Shown piece after piece: positions 1 through 13,503 of a DNA stretch of 64,000 nt. The position numbers and the translations under genes are program-made. The notes beneath the pieces were generated by a model. It was not told the DNA's origin. It saw nothing but the letters and a program-made list of their open reading frames with translations, and did no database searches. Numbering within the stretch: the stretch's first letter is position 1; every line of letters begins with the position of its first letter. Source of the DNA: Zygnema circumcarinatum SAG 698-1b (lineage: Eukaryota; Plantae; Zygnematophyceae); assembly GCA_037447605.1 (NCBI GenBank), contig CM074818.1, positions 186,001-250,000 of the forward strand, in the 5' to 3' direction.

Positions 1-819
1 CTCCCTTTCCTTCCTCTTCATTGCTCTCTATCTGTACTCTTTATCTGTCCCTCGCCTTTTTCGGCGCTTCCTCCTCTCTCGTCCTTACCCCGAGCTCTGG
101 ACCATTTCAATCTTGGATATTTCTCGAATTCAAAACCTGCATTGGCGGATACAAAAAATACTTTCTTTTTATTCCAAATTGTCTGAATTTGTAATATGAA
201 GAGAAATTATAAATTTATTTCCTTCCCGAACATATCGGGCATTTATTCACAGTAAGCACATCCAGTACACTGCAATACGTCACAACTCCAACTCCTGTCA
301 ATTGCCCCAGTTCTACCGTAAATATCATCTATACCGTATATGACAGAAAATATATAACATATATTATGTTGTATGAAAGCCGTTGTCACGGATTCAATTT
401 TCATCTCTTACTTTCTTTTCCCCTTAGAGCCCGCTTGCAGTTCCAGCGACGTTTGTGTGCAAGACTCCGCCCTCTCCTCGAGCATCATCTCACGGGTGGA
501 GCCACTTATGCACAGGGTGTACACGTGTCAACTGTTTATTGGCTGCCCCCCCCCATCGCAAGACTTACGTGAATCACCTCCAACCACAATTCGTCACGTG
601 TACTTTTTGTCCGACGTGACGTGCTGTGATTGGATGTTGTTAACCTGTTATTCTTACAGGTCGCCACGTCGGATGGCCCTGATCCCAGCTCTTGCAAACA
701 CACCAGTCTCCTAGGGGGGGTGGGGTCCGATTGTCTACAAGATCTCTCCTCCCGAAAGATCCAAGGGGGGGGGAGTGATTAGCCAACATGAAAGTACAAA
801 TTTTCGCGAAAGGGGGCGC

Positions 820-827
820 GGATATCC
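820..827. promoter_or_regulatory. P1BS-like element (GNATATNC) upstream of the phosphatase gene
   Basis: GGATATCC lies ~80 bp upstream of the ATG at 908 and matches the PHR1-binding consensus. It is a single copy, so a chance match is possible. Confidence 0.4.
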
Positions 828-907
828 AAAAAATGGGGCGGCTGTATCATTTTCCTTTTTTTCAAGCTGTAATCATTTGATCCACGGTCGGCAGGCCTGC
901 GGCAGCC

Positions 908-3900
908 ATGGCTGCCATGGCTTCCGTTCACCTTGCCTTCACCCTGCTCGCTTGCACCCCTGTTCGCGCCTTCACCTCGTCACTGCCGCCGGCTCCAACT
1001 GGTCGGTCTTTCAATATGGCGCTGCATAGTTCTGGCGTCTCCAAGTACTCTGTCTGTCACGAAAATGAATTTCGTATTGTTTTTTATTTTTGAGGAGCGA
1101 TAGAGAAGCTATTTCTGGGTTTTCAGTGAAGTAAGATGCGATTTAGAGCTTCATCTGGTAACTTAGTCTAATTCAATGAAGGTCAATGAAGCTTGAGTGA
1201 AGTTTCAAAATATCTTCTTTATGTCCCGGTTCCAATGTAAATTTGATGTTTGCAGCAAACTGACGACTTATTGAAGTTTAAACTGCTATTCATCTGCGTC
1301 GACAGAATCTCTGAGCAAGCAGGAAAAGTACATGTTTTGTTGCAAAGGACGCTTATTGTTCTGCGCCCATTCAGATAAAACTTCTTGTTGCTGTCACTTG
1401 CAATGAGTCTAAAACCGACGTGAGTTTTTGCTTCATGGTTGATTTTGTAAGGTTTTGGAGTTTTTTGATGAAGCCGAGGAAAACAAATTGACGTTTTCTC
1501 AGCTCACATCTGCATCCTCGTCCAATTTCTACTTCAGAGCATGCTTCAATCCAGAAGACTACAGTAGTTGCTTCCTTTTGAAGAGAGTAAACAAGTGGTC
1601 AGGAAAGGAACGAAGGCTAAGGAAGTCACGTCTATGTGTTTGGTATTCCAGAAAGTCTTATCAGCTTGCAACTGTGTGTCCATGTATCATTATACTTACG
1701 TACATGTCGTATTACGATAAAAAAAACTATAACGTTTAGTGATTCTGATACTGTTGCGGTTTGCCTTTTTGCCAAGCAGGTGAAGTTTATGACCTTATAC
1801 CTGACCCCAACTTGAAAATTCCTCATTGGAAACAACCATGGACGGGTCCCGATATTCCTCTGACTTTTGAGCATCAAACAAGCACCAATCTACCAGAACA
1901 GGTATCGCATGCTGTGTTACCTTGCATGTGTCCGCTAATCTGACTAGTATTGTTACATTGCGTTGTGTATCATCATTTTTAGGCTTTATGTAGAAAGGTT
2001 GGTTGGAAGCATCACTTGCGTTTTTTCCTCTTTTACGCACAAATGTACTTCCGGACATGGCTGCAAGAGTCTTTTTCCCTCTCTCCTCTTTCTCTTTCTC
2101 TTTTCGCTTTTCCTTTTCCTTTCCTTCTCATTGCATATGTTTGTCCTCGTTACATTCGCTCCCCCCCTTGCTGAAGAAGGCTACTATTAACTACGACCAT
2201 TAGAGACCTCTATCCTCTGACGAGTGGCAAGTGCAATAGTTGAAATGCTGGATCTTGGTTCCCTGCTGGCTTCCATAGACAGTAGATATGCATGTTTACA
2301 TCGTCCTTGTATCCATGCATCTTTGTATGCCGCATTTTTGTAAAGGTGTCTGCCTGAGTACGTATGTCTGTTGGCGGCTGAGCTGAGCTTCTCCGTATGT
2401 ATACAACCTGTTTGCCAGGTGGCGCTGTTTCCAGCAGTCCGTGATGGATCGCTGCTCTTTGTGCAATGGCTCACACCTCGACTAACTAGCAATGCAGAGG
2501 GAGAAGTTGCTTATGGACTGTCCCCAAATGAGCTCAAAAGTATTTCTCGGTATGTTGCATTTGTTCTGTTTCCAAATGATTTGAAGAAATGTTTGCAGTC
2601 TCTTGATGCAAATATGACCTAATCAGGACATGTATTATCAACTAGCAGCTGCATGTCCGTTCATGCATATCGGTTTCGGGAAAAAAAACAACGTGCCTGC
2701 TCACCCTCTGATCAATAGAGAATGACTGGGGGTTCAGATGCTCTCCAAAGAACTACAGCTACGCACTTGGAACACGAGCAGAATACATTTCTGGGCCCAT
2801 TTTCCAATGCGTTATTGGACCCTTAGTGCCATCAAATCGATACTTTTACAGCATTTCGGGCAGCGACAAAATTTTCAACTTCACCTCAATGCCAACGCCT
2901 GGCTCCAAAAAACTGAAGTTTGGCCTCATGGGTGTGTTCCCATCCTCTTACTTTATATCTGCTGAGTTTTATTCGCGAAACTGGATACGAATTAGCTCCG
3001 CATTTCTTTCTCCGTCCCATCTCGACGGGGGTGGTTTTTTTCTGTTTTGGGCAGCCGATGTGGGACAGACTGTTAACTCCAGCAGCACATTCAACCATCT
3101 TGCGGCAGCAGACACTGATTTCATCCTTTTTGTTGGCGACCTTTCTTATGGTAAAGCTTTCCAATGCTCTGCATGTAACAGTTTTGAGAGAAACTATCGT
3201 GCCGAACAGTCTAGGTTGAAGATGATAACAGAAAAAAGAAGGACAGAGAATGTTAGTTGTCTGAGTCATCTGATGAAAGAGGGCCAGCAGGAGCGGGTAG
3301 GAGGGGGAGCAGAGATAGTAGATTAGCGGAGGTTAACTTGCAGCGTCTTATCGAGTGTACGTTTCTCAAATATGGTTGGATGGAGGATCCGTATTGAGAG
3401 CACTTGAGTAATGGACCGTCAACCTTTTGCCTTCCTAAATGATTTGCAGCTGACAACTATAAGGATGCCAACTGCAATCCGTTCCGAGGGCAGGGAACCG
3501 ACCACGGATTTAAAACTTGTGGGGTTGGAGGAGCCCGTTGGGACTCGTGGGCCCGACTTGCTCAGAAGGTTTTCTCTCACACGGTTAGCTTCCCCTCCTT
3601 TTTCTTTCCCATCCCTTGCCCTCTCATCTGCGTTTCCCTTGCCCCTTTCCCTTCTGTCTGACTCCTCTTCCCGTCCCTTGCCCTAGTCCTTCGATAGTCA
3701 TCTTTTCTGTTGTCTTCGCTCACTTTCCTCCTCCATCCCTCTCCCATCCTCCCCTCTCATGTTGGGACTCGATCTTTCCTCTCATTTTCCCCTTCCATCT
3801 AGCCTTCCACCGATCCTTCTAGGTTCAATCTGATTGTTGATTTTTTAATGTCACTTCTCTTCGCTCTATCGTTCTGCTCTCCATCTCTCTTTTTTGTCGA

Positions 3901-6444
3901 GTCATTTCACTTTTTTGTTCATCAGTTGCCAAATTCTTTCTCAACAATTTACTTAATCTTCAAATTAATCTTTTTGAATCCAACATTTGGTACTGCTTAC
4001 ACCTCTCCATGTATGCTTGGCAGCCAGCTGCATATTGCCCCGGAAATCATGAAAATGAGTTTAACATGAGGTGGGGAGAAAAGGTGCCATTCAAAGCTTT
4101 CATGGCGAGAACTCCCTCACTCGTTGATGACGATGGCCCGTACATGAGAATATCTGAGGTAACTGCACTAGTGTACATCAATTGTAGCAGAGATAGGGAG
4201 GGAGCGAAGAGAAAGGCACCGATTGGAAGGGAAAAAGCTGGGGAGCTTGACGGATGGAAGAGAGAGGATGGGCGAGAGAGCTGGGAAAAATATACGGGCA
4301 AAAGAGTTGGAAGAATAAGGACACGACACAGAAGAGAGTGGTAACTATTCTTGAGAAGCGCAAAGTCTGCTGAAAGCTCAGAAACCCTAAAGTTCCTACA
4401 GCATCTAATGCGCTCATTGATTGTCTGAGATGCAGAATGCAGATATAAGAACACTCTCAGAGAGGACTTGGTTTGCAAATTCTCCTCTTTTTTATTCGCT
4501 TGACATCGGCCCCGCACACGTGATTGCACTTTCCAGCTATTCTGCCTTCACGCGATATACACACCAGGTGATTTATTGTTTCTTTTGAGGTTTAGAAAGA
4601 GAAATGTACTAGCAGAAGTCTTTCCAAAATCGAGTTCCTTTCTTCTGCTCTCATCCCTATGCCTGAAGTCTGTATTTCAGTGTACTTTATTCTGATTGAT
4701 TCTTTTTTCTACGTACTTTAGCAGTCATTATTTGTGGTGAGACATGCTCATTTCCCCATCACTCTCCATCTCGCTCTCTATGTTTACCAATGCAGGATTA
4801 TTTCCTTCGCGAAGATTTGTGCAGAATTGACCGAGCGGTGACCCCTTGGCTCATTGTATTTGTGCATGCTCCGTGGTACAACAGTGATGTGAGCCATTAC
4901 TTGGAGGTAAGAAAAATGCACTGTTCACTATGTCTGTGAAACACTTTTTTTTCACATTCATCTTGTTTGCTCACCTTCCGTAATGTTTGAACTGTAAGGA
5001 TACTGTCATGTTTTCAGAAATGTCATTGCAGGATTCATGCGATAGCACCTATGTGAAGTTGATGTGCGCAATTTAATCCAACATGATGCATATGAATCGG
5101 TTCGGGGAAATGCAGGGGGAGCCGATGCGTATTATGTATGAACCGTATATATACAATGCCACCGCCGACATCGTGGTGGCCGGCCATGTGCATGCCTATG
5201 AGCGGAGCCATCCCGTGTATGACATGCGACTGGATGAGTGCGGACCCATCTATGTGACAGTTGGAGATGGAGGCAACGACGAGGGCATTGCTGGACCGTA
5301 AGATCTTCCTAAACATTTGCACCGTTACAGCTTGAAAGCCTTATCGGTCGCAAGAAAAACCGGATAAGCAATAACTTTAGGAACTGGACTGTGAGAGAGA
5401 AAGGTTGGGGGGGGGGGGGGGGGGGNNNNNNNNNNGGGGGGGGGGGGGGGAGAGGTAGGGGAAGGAAGAGGAAGGGCGGGGAAGGGGGAGGGAGGGAAAG
5501 GAGGAAAGAAGTGACGGGATGGTGGGGTTTGGGACAGCGGGAAGGGAAGGAGGGAGGGAGGGATGACGACGGAGGGGGAAGGGGGAGGGGAGGAAGGGAG
5601 GGAGGGAGAGGGGTGGGAAAAGGCGGACGGAGGGCGAGACAGAGCGTGCGCGGTGAGGGGAGGGGTTCATTTCTGAAATTCATATCTGCTGGTTCTTGGC
5701 TGCTGCAGGTTCCTGAACCCACAACCCATCTACAGCGCTTATCGGGAATATTCGTTCGGATATGCGGAATTCAGTATCGAAAATGAAACCCGAGCGACAT
5801 ATACGTGGTGGGTGGAAGGGCCTCCTTCAGCCTCTGGAAGCCCTATAGCTGATGTGACAACGAGAGAGAGCGCGAGAGAGAGACAGAGGAGGAAGAGTCA
5901 GATAAAAGAGGGAGAGAGATGAAAGGGTGGGGGAGGATGGTGGGCGGAGAGGGCGACTGAGAAGGAGACGGGGAGGGAGAGAGCGGGAGGTAGGGGAGAG
6001 GGGGGGGAAGGCTGGGGGAAGGGGGGGGTGGGGGGAGCGCGGAGTGGGGGGTGAAGAAGGGGAGAAGAGGGGGTTGGACCAGGAAGGGGAGGGCAAGTTA
6101 CGGGTTATTGCGATTAATTAAATCGAATATGAGAGTGTGAATGGCGCACTCCTGGACTCAAAAGTTTGGCCTCCAAGCACCTTCGTGAAGGCAGAGGTTA
6201 AGCTAAACATTGGAATTTGGCTTCAAGCCAGAGTAGAAGAATGACGGATCACAATCCGTGATTGTTTCATATCAACTTGATTATTGATTAACTTGATTAT
6301 TGCATACACTTTACTGTTGCACGCAGGTATCGCAATCAGGATGCTACAAAAGTCGTGGGAGACCTTTTTGAGATGGAGAACAAGCATCACAAATGTGGAC
6401 CCAAGAAGCCCTCCTTCTGTCCTCCTGGGGCTACTTCTGCATAA
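908..6444 (+). CDS. PAP: Secreted purple acid phosphatase (FN3-like domain plus metallophosphoesterase), ~12 exons
   Basis: Spliced exons (~908-1044, 1780-1900, 2420-2549, 2738-2931, 3055-3150, 3451-3587, 4024-4158, 4461-4568, 4796-4906, 5117-5299, 5709-5806, 6327-6444) give a signal-peptide-like N-terminus (MAAMASVHLAFTLLACTPVRA). All five PAP metal-binding motifs are present: ADVG (DxG), GDLSY, GNHE, VFVH, GHVH. Also RWDSW, TPWLIV..HAPWYNS and GDGGN.EG. Stop TAA at 6442-6444. One or two extra exons at ~1305-1630 are uncertain. Confidence 0.93.
5395..6095. repeat. Intronic polypurine/G-rich low-complexity tracts, including a 10-N gap in poly-G
   Basis: Long G/A-only runs at 5395-5665 and 5870-6095 inside PAP introns. 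Similar purine or pyrimidine tracts occur at ~3590-3900, 4190-4340, 26610-26860, 27080-27200 and 40300-40640. Confidence 0.85.
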
Positions 6445-7953
6445 AGAAGCCATCATTTTTGCTCAGGAGCCCATTTTGGTCCCACTTTTTTGACGAGGTA
6501 AGAGCAGGGCTCTACCCTTCTCATAGTACACATCTTGCAGAAGGTGTTTGAACAGCCCATTTACGTAAACATCTTTTCTTTCCTTTTTGGCCGGGGAGGG
6601 GTGGGGAAAGTGGAGAATTACCAAAACCGTTCTTTCGATAAGTGTTAGTATTATTCCCATGAGCACACGATATTTCGTTTTTGCCAGTTTCGGAACGGAT
6701 GGCACGTTGTGTTGTTACCATATTTTGCAATAAAATTTTCACCGGTTTTTTCACAGTACGTGCAGTGTTTCATTTTTTTGGAGTGTTCAGAAACCAACCA
6801 TAATAATTGTATGCTAGGATTAAAAAGTAAAAGGTTTTTAGGGTTGTTTCAAGTTTATGGTGCTTCAAGATTCTGTAGATTTTCCAATAATTTATTCAAA
6901 TAGTCAAGGCTTTTAATGTCACCCTCTTCCCGTAAAGGCAACAGACCACACACAGTCGAATGAATTTATATGACATCCATCAGCTCCAACCTCAAGCCGG
7001 TCAATATGGAAATGTGCAATAACATCATACAAATCTTCCAAGGAAAAAAAAGGGAAAAAAAAGGGGAAAAAAAGAAAAAATATATTTGACTGTAAACTTG
7101 ATCAAACACCACTCTCTCACTCTACAATTCCCATTCATACAATCTTAGCTTCACTTGCCTCAGTCATCAGCTCCACCTCAATTTATTCCCGGTTCCATCT
7201 CTCAGCAATGCCCCCCAACTTAAAATTCAAAGACTTCCATCCCCCATAGTACAGAAGGGTAAGTCAAGCCCTCTCTCACCCTCCTCCCTCTCCCTGCTGT
7301 AAATTACCTACTTCTCAAGTAATAAAATCTTCAAAGTTCCCAAAGTCCTTTAGCCAAATCCCTTCAATGGAAGAGCGTATGAAGCAGACAAATGATGGCC
7401 TGACAAAAATGTGAACCCTAAATTTCTACGACCTGAACATTTCCTCCAGGGATGGAAGCTGCTCATAAAGCTTCGATCCCCCAAGAGGGCTCCGCCACAC
7501 TGCTGCCTTTTATTGAAACGATTGATACGGATTTGCCCTCCGTCAATCAATGACCCCCCCTTCTCTCTCTCTCCCTCTACTCTCCTCCCCCTCCTCCCCC
7601 CTCCCGGGGCCACCATTACCTCTCTGCCCTTTCTCGTACCCGCCCCCAGCCTAATCCGCAAATCCGTCATACATCCGCCCAATTAAGGGTTCCACCACAG
7701 AGAAATGTCCCCCAGTCACATGAAAGTGAACTTCAGATGCTCATTCTTCCACAAGGGTGTCGATCAAGTAACGTTTCATCCCTTTGAACATATTGAGCTG
7801 TGATGAGATAAGACACTTCACCGTACAAGTACAAAGCCTATGCTGGAACCGTGATGTTGAATCCGAACAAGTCACAATTCGAGTCGAGCATAGTCACTAT
7901 CCTCTGTTGTTTGTATGTGAATGTGGTGAGGGAGGTTTTTTTTGGGTTTGAAC

Positions 7954-10900
7954 TCAAGCCTGAGCCGCCACCTTCTTTGCTAGAAGGGCCTTGTATGCTC
8001 GAATGTCTCCCTTCCACACCGTCACCTTGCCTTTCTCACAGATCCAAATCTCCTTTGCCACTTGATCAATGAGACGGAAGTCATGACTAACAAGCACGAG
8101 CCCTCCATTATATCCTGAAGAGCAAAGAAAGAATGAAAGGTTAACGAAAACGGTCGAGCTTTGATTAGCTCTTAAAAACAATTGCCTCTCGTTGTCCTTC
8201 AGTTCTTCCAACATGTTTACGAACAAACCATTTCGATTTGTGAAAGCCATATGTTCATTCAATATGCGGGCACTCGCTGCATGAGCATGAGACAGACAGT
8301 GTGAGGCAGAGGGAGGGAGGAGCGAAGAGCACCTGAGATGGCATTAGCTAACGAATCGATAGCCTCTATGTCCAAATGGTTAGTGGGCTCATCCAACAAG
8401 AGCATGTTGGGTCGCCCCATGCAGATAATTGCATACACAATTCTGCAGCGCTGCCCCTCACTCAACATCCCAATCTTCGTAGTTTGCATCTTCCCAGTCA
8501 GCCCATACCGGCCAATATACGAACGCCACTCTTCCTCATCACGTTGGAAGCCACTGCCAGATGGGAACATGTGCCTGAAAAATTCCAGCACCTGTCGAAA
8601 AAAACCAATACAGTAACTCAATTGGGTTAGAAAAGCGCAGTCGGAATCTTGATTATTCAAAATCCATCATACAACGTATGGGTAGCCGATCCATTATGGA
8701 ACAAATTCACGAATACAACCTTCAGCACAAAGCAGGCTACTCATCGGAGCACACCCTCCACTTGAATAGCCTGAGCTTTACATGTTCTCCAGAGATCGTC
8801 TTCCCTCACCCTTCTGTCCTGTTAATGCTGCCTCCCTCCCTGACCTTCTCCCTTCCCTGTCTCTTTCCGTTCGTCCTTCCCTCTCCATCTACCTTTCTCT
8901 CCTGTTTCACTCTCCCTATCTTATCTTCCTCTCACTAAGGCTAGGGTTAGCCAACGAGCCAATGGACACGAACACAGCCACAGGCACAATCAGACAGAAA
9001 AATATAGTGCTGCATTCCGGTATGCAAGTTTGCAATAAATTATTGGTCCACCACAAACAACTGTGTAATACCAAACAAATTCAGCATTTAATTCGTAAAA
9101 TATATACTGCCCAAAAGCAGAAATCAAGTTTCTACGCTAAAAGGATATGGGTTCCCAGTTCTGCCATGAACTGAAAGGAATCAACTTGCCACTAAGCATC
9201 GAAGTTCTGGTCACTAGTACACACATCAAGGTCATCGCCATCAAGGTCTCCATAACACCCCGATCTCAATAACACGGCCTATAGAGCATGTCCATATCTT
9301 GGAATGAAACCGGAAAAAATAAGTAGAAGTGTACTCACTGGCATGTTGAGGTCCAGCTGATCAACTGAGTGTTGGTGGTAGCGCCCAATACTCAAATGGC
9401 TGTGCCGCTTGACTGTGCCGCTTGTGGCAGTCAGATCACCCGCCATCAGCTTCAACAAAGTAGACTTTCCAGCTCCATTAGGGCCCACGAGAGCAATTCG
9501 GGAATCACAGTCAATCCCCAAGTTGAGATCCTTGTAGATCATATCCTCCTCCTTGCCTGTTGAGTTCCCAAATGTACAACACATCATACACCTTAAAAGG
9601 TGAGAATAGTGACTTTGAGAAACTCTCGAATCAACACCACACACTCACTAATCATGCACAGTACATGAGCAAAGGACAATTACAACTCTGTACTAGTGCC
9701 AAACATGTATTGTGTATCAGACCTGAATAGGAGAAGCTGACATTCTCAAAAGGTAGAACGGGTGGGGCCAACTTGTCACAGTCCGGAAAGGAGAATGCAA
9801 ATGTTCGCTCCTTTATCACAGGGGGTGTAAGACCGTCCGCTTCCATCTTATCCAGAATTTTCTGCTTCGACTTTGCCTGCACGCCCATATCAAAAAGACT
9901 TGTTCAGCACCAACAACGGCTGGCTGCTTACTTGCAAAATCACTAACACGTCGTGCCCAAGTACCAGAGCAAGCTCCATTTTAAGAAAAAGACTTCAGAG
10001 AGATTAATCTGGCTATCCGTACAGTGCCTTAAGCACTCCGCAAGTTCGAGACCTTGCATGGGTTGACAGGCTAAACCCGCAAAAGCACAGAGCATGGCTG
10101 CAATCAACAGAAGAAGATCAATTTATAAGCGCTTTTGATGCACATAATAATCATCTCACCTGCTTCACAAGATTCGCATAGGTACCGCACGAGGCAATGA
10201 ACTCCTTAATGTGCTTGATATCATCTTGCTCCTTCAAATACTTCTTGTGCTGGACAGTTTCTTGCTCTTCCACAGTCTTAATGAAAGTGTCGTAGTTTCC
10301 AGAAAAGTACGTCAGCTTTCGCTTTGTTAGCCAGATAATGTGAGTACAGACTCCATTCAAAAAATCCTGCAGGTAAAAAACAGACTCGAGTAAGCCCAGC
10401 TAAAATAGCATCCTAATTCATTTCTAACGAACATCCTTTCACCACTTCACAAGAAGACTCTATGGAAAACATTGCCATGGGACAGCCAATATCTAAACTA
10501 AAACTAGCTATAGGGTTGCTCCGCTCCGCTAGTCCGCTGGGTTCTGGCCAACCAGACGTCCGTCTGACTCACGGAAAGGAATCAATGGTGCCACAAAGGC
10601 ACTCATTCCTACAACAACCTGCATACAATTGAATTCAATCTAGTTGGCGCCAGCGAGACGCGGCGCACTGGCAACTCCACGTACGTCAAACCACGTTGTG
10701 TTTGGTCGTGGGATATAAGACCTCCACTTCGTCGAATGAAGGTCAGAGAACAAGGTTCGGGGGAACGGAGGTCCATTCTAATGCAGCGAAATACGTGCAC
10801 AAGGTATGCTCCACGTGGGTGTAAGCAGGCCAAACAGTTACCTTCATTTTGGCGTCCATCCAGCCAGGCGGCAGTGGACTCCATAGAGAGCAACCCATAT

Positions 10901-13503
10901 TGCGATACGCGGGCTACGGTCAGCCAAACTAGACAGCCATACACCTAATTACGAGTCCCTAGTCACTGTCGAATAGTCACTTATGGAGGCAAGACAATCA
11001 CTTTTGATGAAAAAAAGATTTCTTGGAACATTCTGTGTTGTTAACTCATGGGACAAAATCATGAAAAATATACGACGGCCGAATGAGAGAGATCTCCAAT
11101 AATCGTCTCCCTGAGATTGCAAAATTACCTGTGAATGTGATACAAGAACCAAACACTTCTTGTAATTCTTCAAATATTCTTCGAGCCACACACAAGCCTC
11201 CAGATCCAAATGATTTGTTGGTTCATCCAAAAGCAGCAAAGTTGGGGCAGCAAATAGAGCCCTTGCTAAAGCCACCCGCATCCGCCACCTGGACACCCAA
11301 AACCATAAAAATTAGAGAAAGTTTCTACACGTTCCAGGAATATGAAAGTCTTTATGATCTTAACTGTGACAACCAAAGCATAAAATACAGGCTAGTTCTC
11401 TGGAAATGATCCAAAACCTCAGATCCTATCACTGCTACAGTAAGGAAAATTACACTTGACGAGAGGAAAACCCTCAAGTTTAGCTTCCCTGCTTCAGGAT
11501 CAAGAGAATCATGACGCTCATACTGGATTGAGCCAATCTTGCCAAGACTGGCTGCAGAGCAGGAGGGTCATCGTAATTACCATTCGGATCAAAACAATTT
11601 GAAGCGAGACAAATGGAAGTACTAAAAATTCTTTAAGACCATGAAAGACTCGGAAAGCTCAAACGAATAGCCCAATAAAGCTACACAAAACAATACGGAT
11701 AAGTCACAATCTCACCCTCCAGACATGTCTTTGGTAAATCGCGCCATCATCGTCTTTGAGAAACCAAGCCCATGCAACAGAGAAGCTGCTCGAGATTCGA
11801 ACGTATTGGGATCAAGCTCCTCCAGACGATCATATATCACTTCAAGTCGGGGATCCTCTGGCCCAAACTCTGTCAAAATATACTCTTCCTGAAACAGGCG
11901 AGAGACGTCTGTGAGAGGTTAGCATGTTCAGCTCAAGGTCACCTCAACATGAGGTTATCAAGGTTGCGGGAGAACACCAAAAAATATTGTATAGAACATG
12001 TGGACAAGCTCAGCCTCACAATGAAAGCATTCAAGATATTATTGGATCAGTCGGTGTACGAGGCATCGGACCAATCCTCATCAGTTACTAGTTGAAACAA
12101 CGACTGTAATTCAAAATACATACGACTGCAATTGGGAGTGAACTCACTTGTGCATTTAATCGAGCCAGCTCTAACTTGATATGATCAATAACAGCCTCAA
12201 GAGCTGTACGATCACTCGGCTCGGCTTCCTCGTGCAGGTGATAGAGATCCATGTGGTCAGGAATGGGAACCTGTTAATTAAAACCAATAATAAAATCGAT
12301 GAGCCAGTTAGTTAAAATCAATACGAGGAGCAGCATGACACCGTAATAGCCTTCTAAAGGAGTAGGCTGGTCTCGACATAACGATAGAGTACAGGTCTGA
12401 TCTCAACACAATAGTAAAGCTCGAGTAGTTTATAAGAAATCTATTCCATTACAGCAGGAACTAACGAATTATTCCTCACCTCTCTGTTAGCGAGGCATTG
12501 TAAGAAATTTGTTTTTCCGCAACCATTCTGTCCAATCAGACCGTAACGTCGTCCAATTGTAAGCTCGATGTTGCACTCCTGAATGAGTTCAATGCCTTGA
12601 AGTCCCATACTGAATCCACTGATCTTAATATCCTTTGACGTGGGTCGAGAACTCAGAACACCTGCCAACCAAAAAGAGACAGAAATTAATACTTCAACGT
12701 CCAGGCTGACCAAACATAAACTAAAGAACCCTTCTGAGAAGGAACTTGTTCGGAACCTCAGGAAATTCCGACAGATCTCACGCGAGCAAATAGATAGCAG
12801 ACAAAGTAGAAAATACTTCCAAACGGTTTGGTACGCTCTTGCAGCAAAGAGAGGGGCAAGAGCCATAATCCGGGCACTAACGAACAAACGTTTTTTTTCA
12901 GAGAGGAAGAAACAGGGCTCAGTGCGAGCGAGCTTAGAGTAGAGTTTGCTGAAACTAGCGAAGCAGGAGAGTATGTAGCGAGGAGATCCAACCTGTAACT
13001 GTGCGCTGAGCCGCTGCAGTCTTCGGGTCCGGTTGACCAGAAGAGCTTGCATCACTAGCAAGGCTCAGCTCACTTGCAGACTTTGTGATGGTATCAACCT
13101 GCACCCATCACCATATTTGATCAGCAGGCGCTACAGAAACAATAAAGGATCTTATGAATATTGAACACATCATCATGCATGCAAGAACAGTGGGATTCTA
13201 CAACGGTCATGGATACCGTTTTGCACGTCTAGAAAAACCAGTGGGATAAACAGATCTATCTTAAAATTATGAAGTTGTCACGATTGGATTATCACTGCCG
13301 TAAAGCTTTCGAGTCTGCAGTAAATCTGTGCACTGCTAGCAACAAGAACATTCTCCTGAAAAAACAAAAAAAAAAAGACGCGGAGGTAGACGTTACAAGG
13401 AAGTTCTTACTTTCCCTTTCGCAGGCGCAGCTTTCCCAGTAACCTTCGCTTTGGCGGCCGCCTTCTTGGCCTCCGCCTTCTTCTTGGAAGCGTCAGACAC
13501 CAT
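7954..13503 (-). CDS. ABCF1: ABC transporter F family protein (soluble twin-NBD ATPase; plant ABCF1 / human ABCF2 / yeast Arb1 type)
   Basis: Starts [18 protein letters not shown] (ATG 13503), the plant ABCF1 N-terminus. NBD1 has [23 protein letters not shown] and [15 protein letters not shown]2 has [25 protein letters not shown] and [10 protein letters not shown]. There are no transmembrane domains. Stop TGA at 7954-7956. Confidence 0.95.

Noticed and set aside
5309-6121. Pro-rich and Gly/Arg-rich ORFs (also at 25921-27254 and 40174-40557)
   Set aside because: They are translations of intronic polypurine/polypyrimidine low-complexity tracts, some running through N gaps.
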